NCBI RefSeq assembly: GCF_006345805.1
Contig: NC_043000.1
Coordinates: 49,228,001-49,292,000, forward strand
Length of the DNA: 64,000 nucleotides
Direction: 5' to 3'
From: Octopus sinensis
Taxonomy: Eukaryota
The translations under genes and the position numbers were made by a program. Position 1 is the first letter of the stretch; the number at the start of each line of letters is the position of its first letter. Positions 62,101 through 64,000 of the stretch are shown here, in pieces. The notes beneath the pieces were generated by a model. That model saw only the letters and a list, made by a program, of their open reading frames with translations, searched no databases and had not been told where the DNA came from.

Positions 62101-62939
62101 TTCTTGTTCTTTTTTAACTGCCACTACTCTTCCCCAGTTCAATTCTGATCGAGAAGACATACCAACGTCGTTCAAGGAGAGACCATCCCGCTTTATTTTT
62201 CAAAAATACCGTATATATATATAAATATAATGCATTATCCAACATAACCTTAAGCCTTTTAATAGAATAATATACGAGAGCGATTTGACTATTGTCTCTA
62301 ACAGATAGAGTTACATCACAAATACTTGGTTGATTATCAACAATTCCTTAGTTTAGCTAACGCTGAATAGTGCTTACATATTATATATAGTATATATGGT
62401 TGAATGGAACATTTGGCAATTAAGATATTTGTAATTGTAGTTAAACCGCACCAATGAAGCGATACGACACTGTGATATTGCTGATAAAATACACGACACG
62501 CTTTCACCTGGGCCAAATGCGAATCCATATTCAAGCATTTTGCGTATATGTGCGAATGCAGTCACTTTCAAATATAAAGAATGTAAAAAAATTAAATAAC
62601 AAAGCAAATTTCATTGTTGAACTTCACAAAAAATATCGCATCAAAAATACTGCAAAAATAAGGGAAATTTTTTCTTGGGGTACTTTCTAATAATTCATTA
62701 TAATGCCTAACTTTGTGAAAGCTTTTCAATGAAGTTGAGAAAATGGCAAAAGAGAGATACAAAAACCAGTTCGTAGAAGATATAAGAAATGAGAAATACA
62801 GAGAGAATGAGGGAGGCTCAGAGTCGTGATATATATGTATGGATGCTTGTTGTGCGTGATAATGTATGCTTTTCAGTAGCAAACCAAGAACGATAATTAC
62901 ATAATTATATACATAAATACACAAATACACGTATGTATA

Positions 62940-62950
62940 TAAAGCGTGTT

Positions 62951-63028
<78 letters not shown>

Positions 63029-63406
63029 TGAGCGCATGTGTGTATAAATATATATATTTAGAACATACCTATAGATATAAATATATGGATATATGTGAGT
63101 GTGTGTGTATGCGTGAAAGATATGTATGTATGCATGCATGTATGTATGTATGTATGTAAGTGAAATATTTGCTGTCATTAGTTTATTTATATTTTTGGTA
63201 ACATATTCTGCCTCGATCAATCAGTTGTTTATTCAGTACACACAATTCAGCCTACTTGTCAAAAGTGTGCGATTGCACTGTGGAAAAAAAAACAGACAGG
63301 CGTTAAAAAACATGTCTTCCTTCGAAGATAGATATTTTCCGGTTTCAGGGTAAAAAAAGAAAATATCGTAGAAAGGCTTCAAAGAAAAAATAATTATATA
63401 TATATA

Positions 63407-63441
<35 letters not shown>

Positions 63442-63689
63442 CATGTAAAGATGTCGGTGTGGGTAGAGACACATATATACATACATATATATATATATAC
63501 ACACGCATATATACGCATATATATATGCATATAAATATATACACATATATAAATGTTTATATATGTATACATATAAATATATACACATATATATAAATGT
63601 TTATATATGTATACATATAAATATATACACATATATATAAATGTTTATATATGCACACATATAAATATACATATGTGTGTGTAATTATG

Positions 63690-63748
<59 letters not shown>

Positions 63749-63900
63749 CAGTGTTATTGTGTTTTACGTAAATTTCTATACATAGTTTTTGTATCTCAAT
63801 ATCTTTGTTTATATATATATATATGAAATACACATGTACATGTGTCTTTCTTGTGTGTGTATGTGTATCTATGCATATGCTTAGATACATTCACAAAATC
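62940..63900. repeat. (TA)/(TG)/(CA) microsatellite cluster including a 44-bp unit x3 at ~63530-63665
   Basis: aaatgttt recurs at 63551, 63595 and 63639. Confidence 0.9.
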
Positions 63901-64000
63901 ACGCTCATACATATAAAAGTGCGCGCACAGTTTCCCGATACACACATGCATATTTGCACATGTGCAGAAGAAGAGAGAAAGTGTATGTGCGCATGCATGT

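Overview
AT-rich, repeat-saturated, non-genic animal DNA. The SINE and LINE families I recognise are typical of Octopus genomes; this species call is inferred from repeat content only. I could not support any host protein-coding exon, rRNA or functional tRNA. Most ORF-track entries are translations of microsatellites or satellites. The real coding remnants are all decayed transposons: a Ty3/Gypsy gag-protease-RT-RNaseH fragment (9.0-11.4 kb, minus), an R4/Dong-type endonuclease tail between (TAA)n arrays (19.2-19.7 kb), two DD41D-like Tc1/mariner fragments (21.0-22.0 and 28.3-28.8 kb), an internally deleted Tx1/L1-type LINE (24.0-26.3 kb, minus) and an RTE 3' end (32.9-33.1 kb). About 20 SINE copies or fragments fall into several modular families, which I label A-D here for convenience; several have intact target-site duplications (TSDs). 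The most unusual region is 24-32 kb. There a 1.65-kb 13-bp satellite caps the 5' end of the Tx1-type LINE, and a 278-bp piece of the same satellite sits inside a mariner between 17-bp direct repeats. The same region holds a perfect 46-bp foldback, an exact 96-bp dispersed duplication and an orphan LTR plus primer-binding site. Elsewhere there is a minimal type I hammerhead-ribozyme-like motif (53382-53433), a 454-bp foldback element and a Lep1/HINE-like Helitron.
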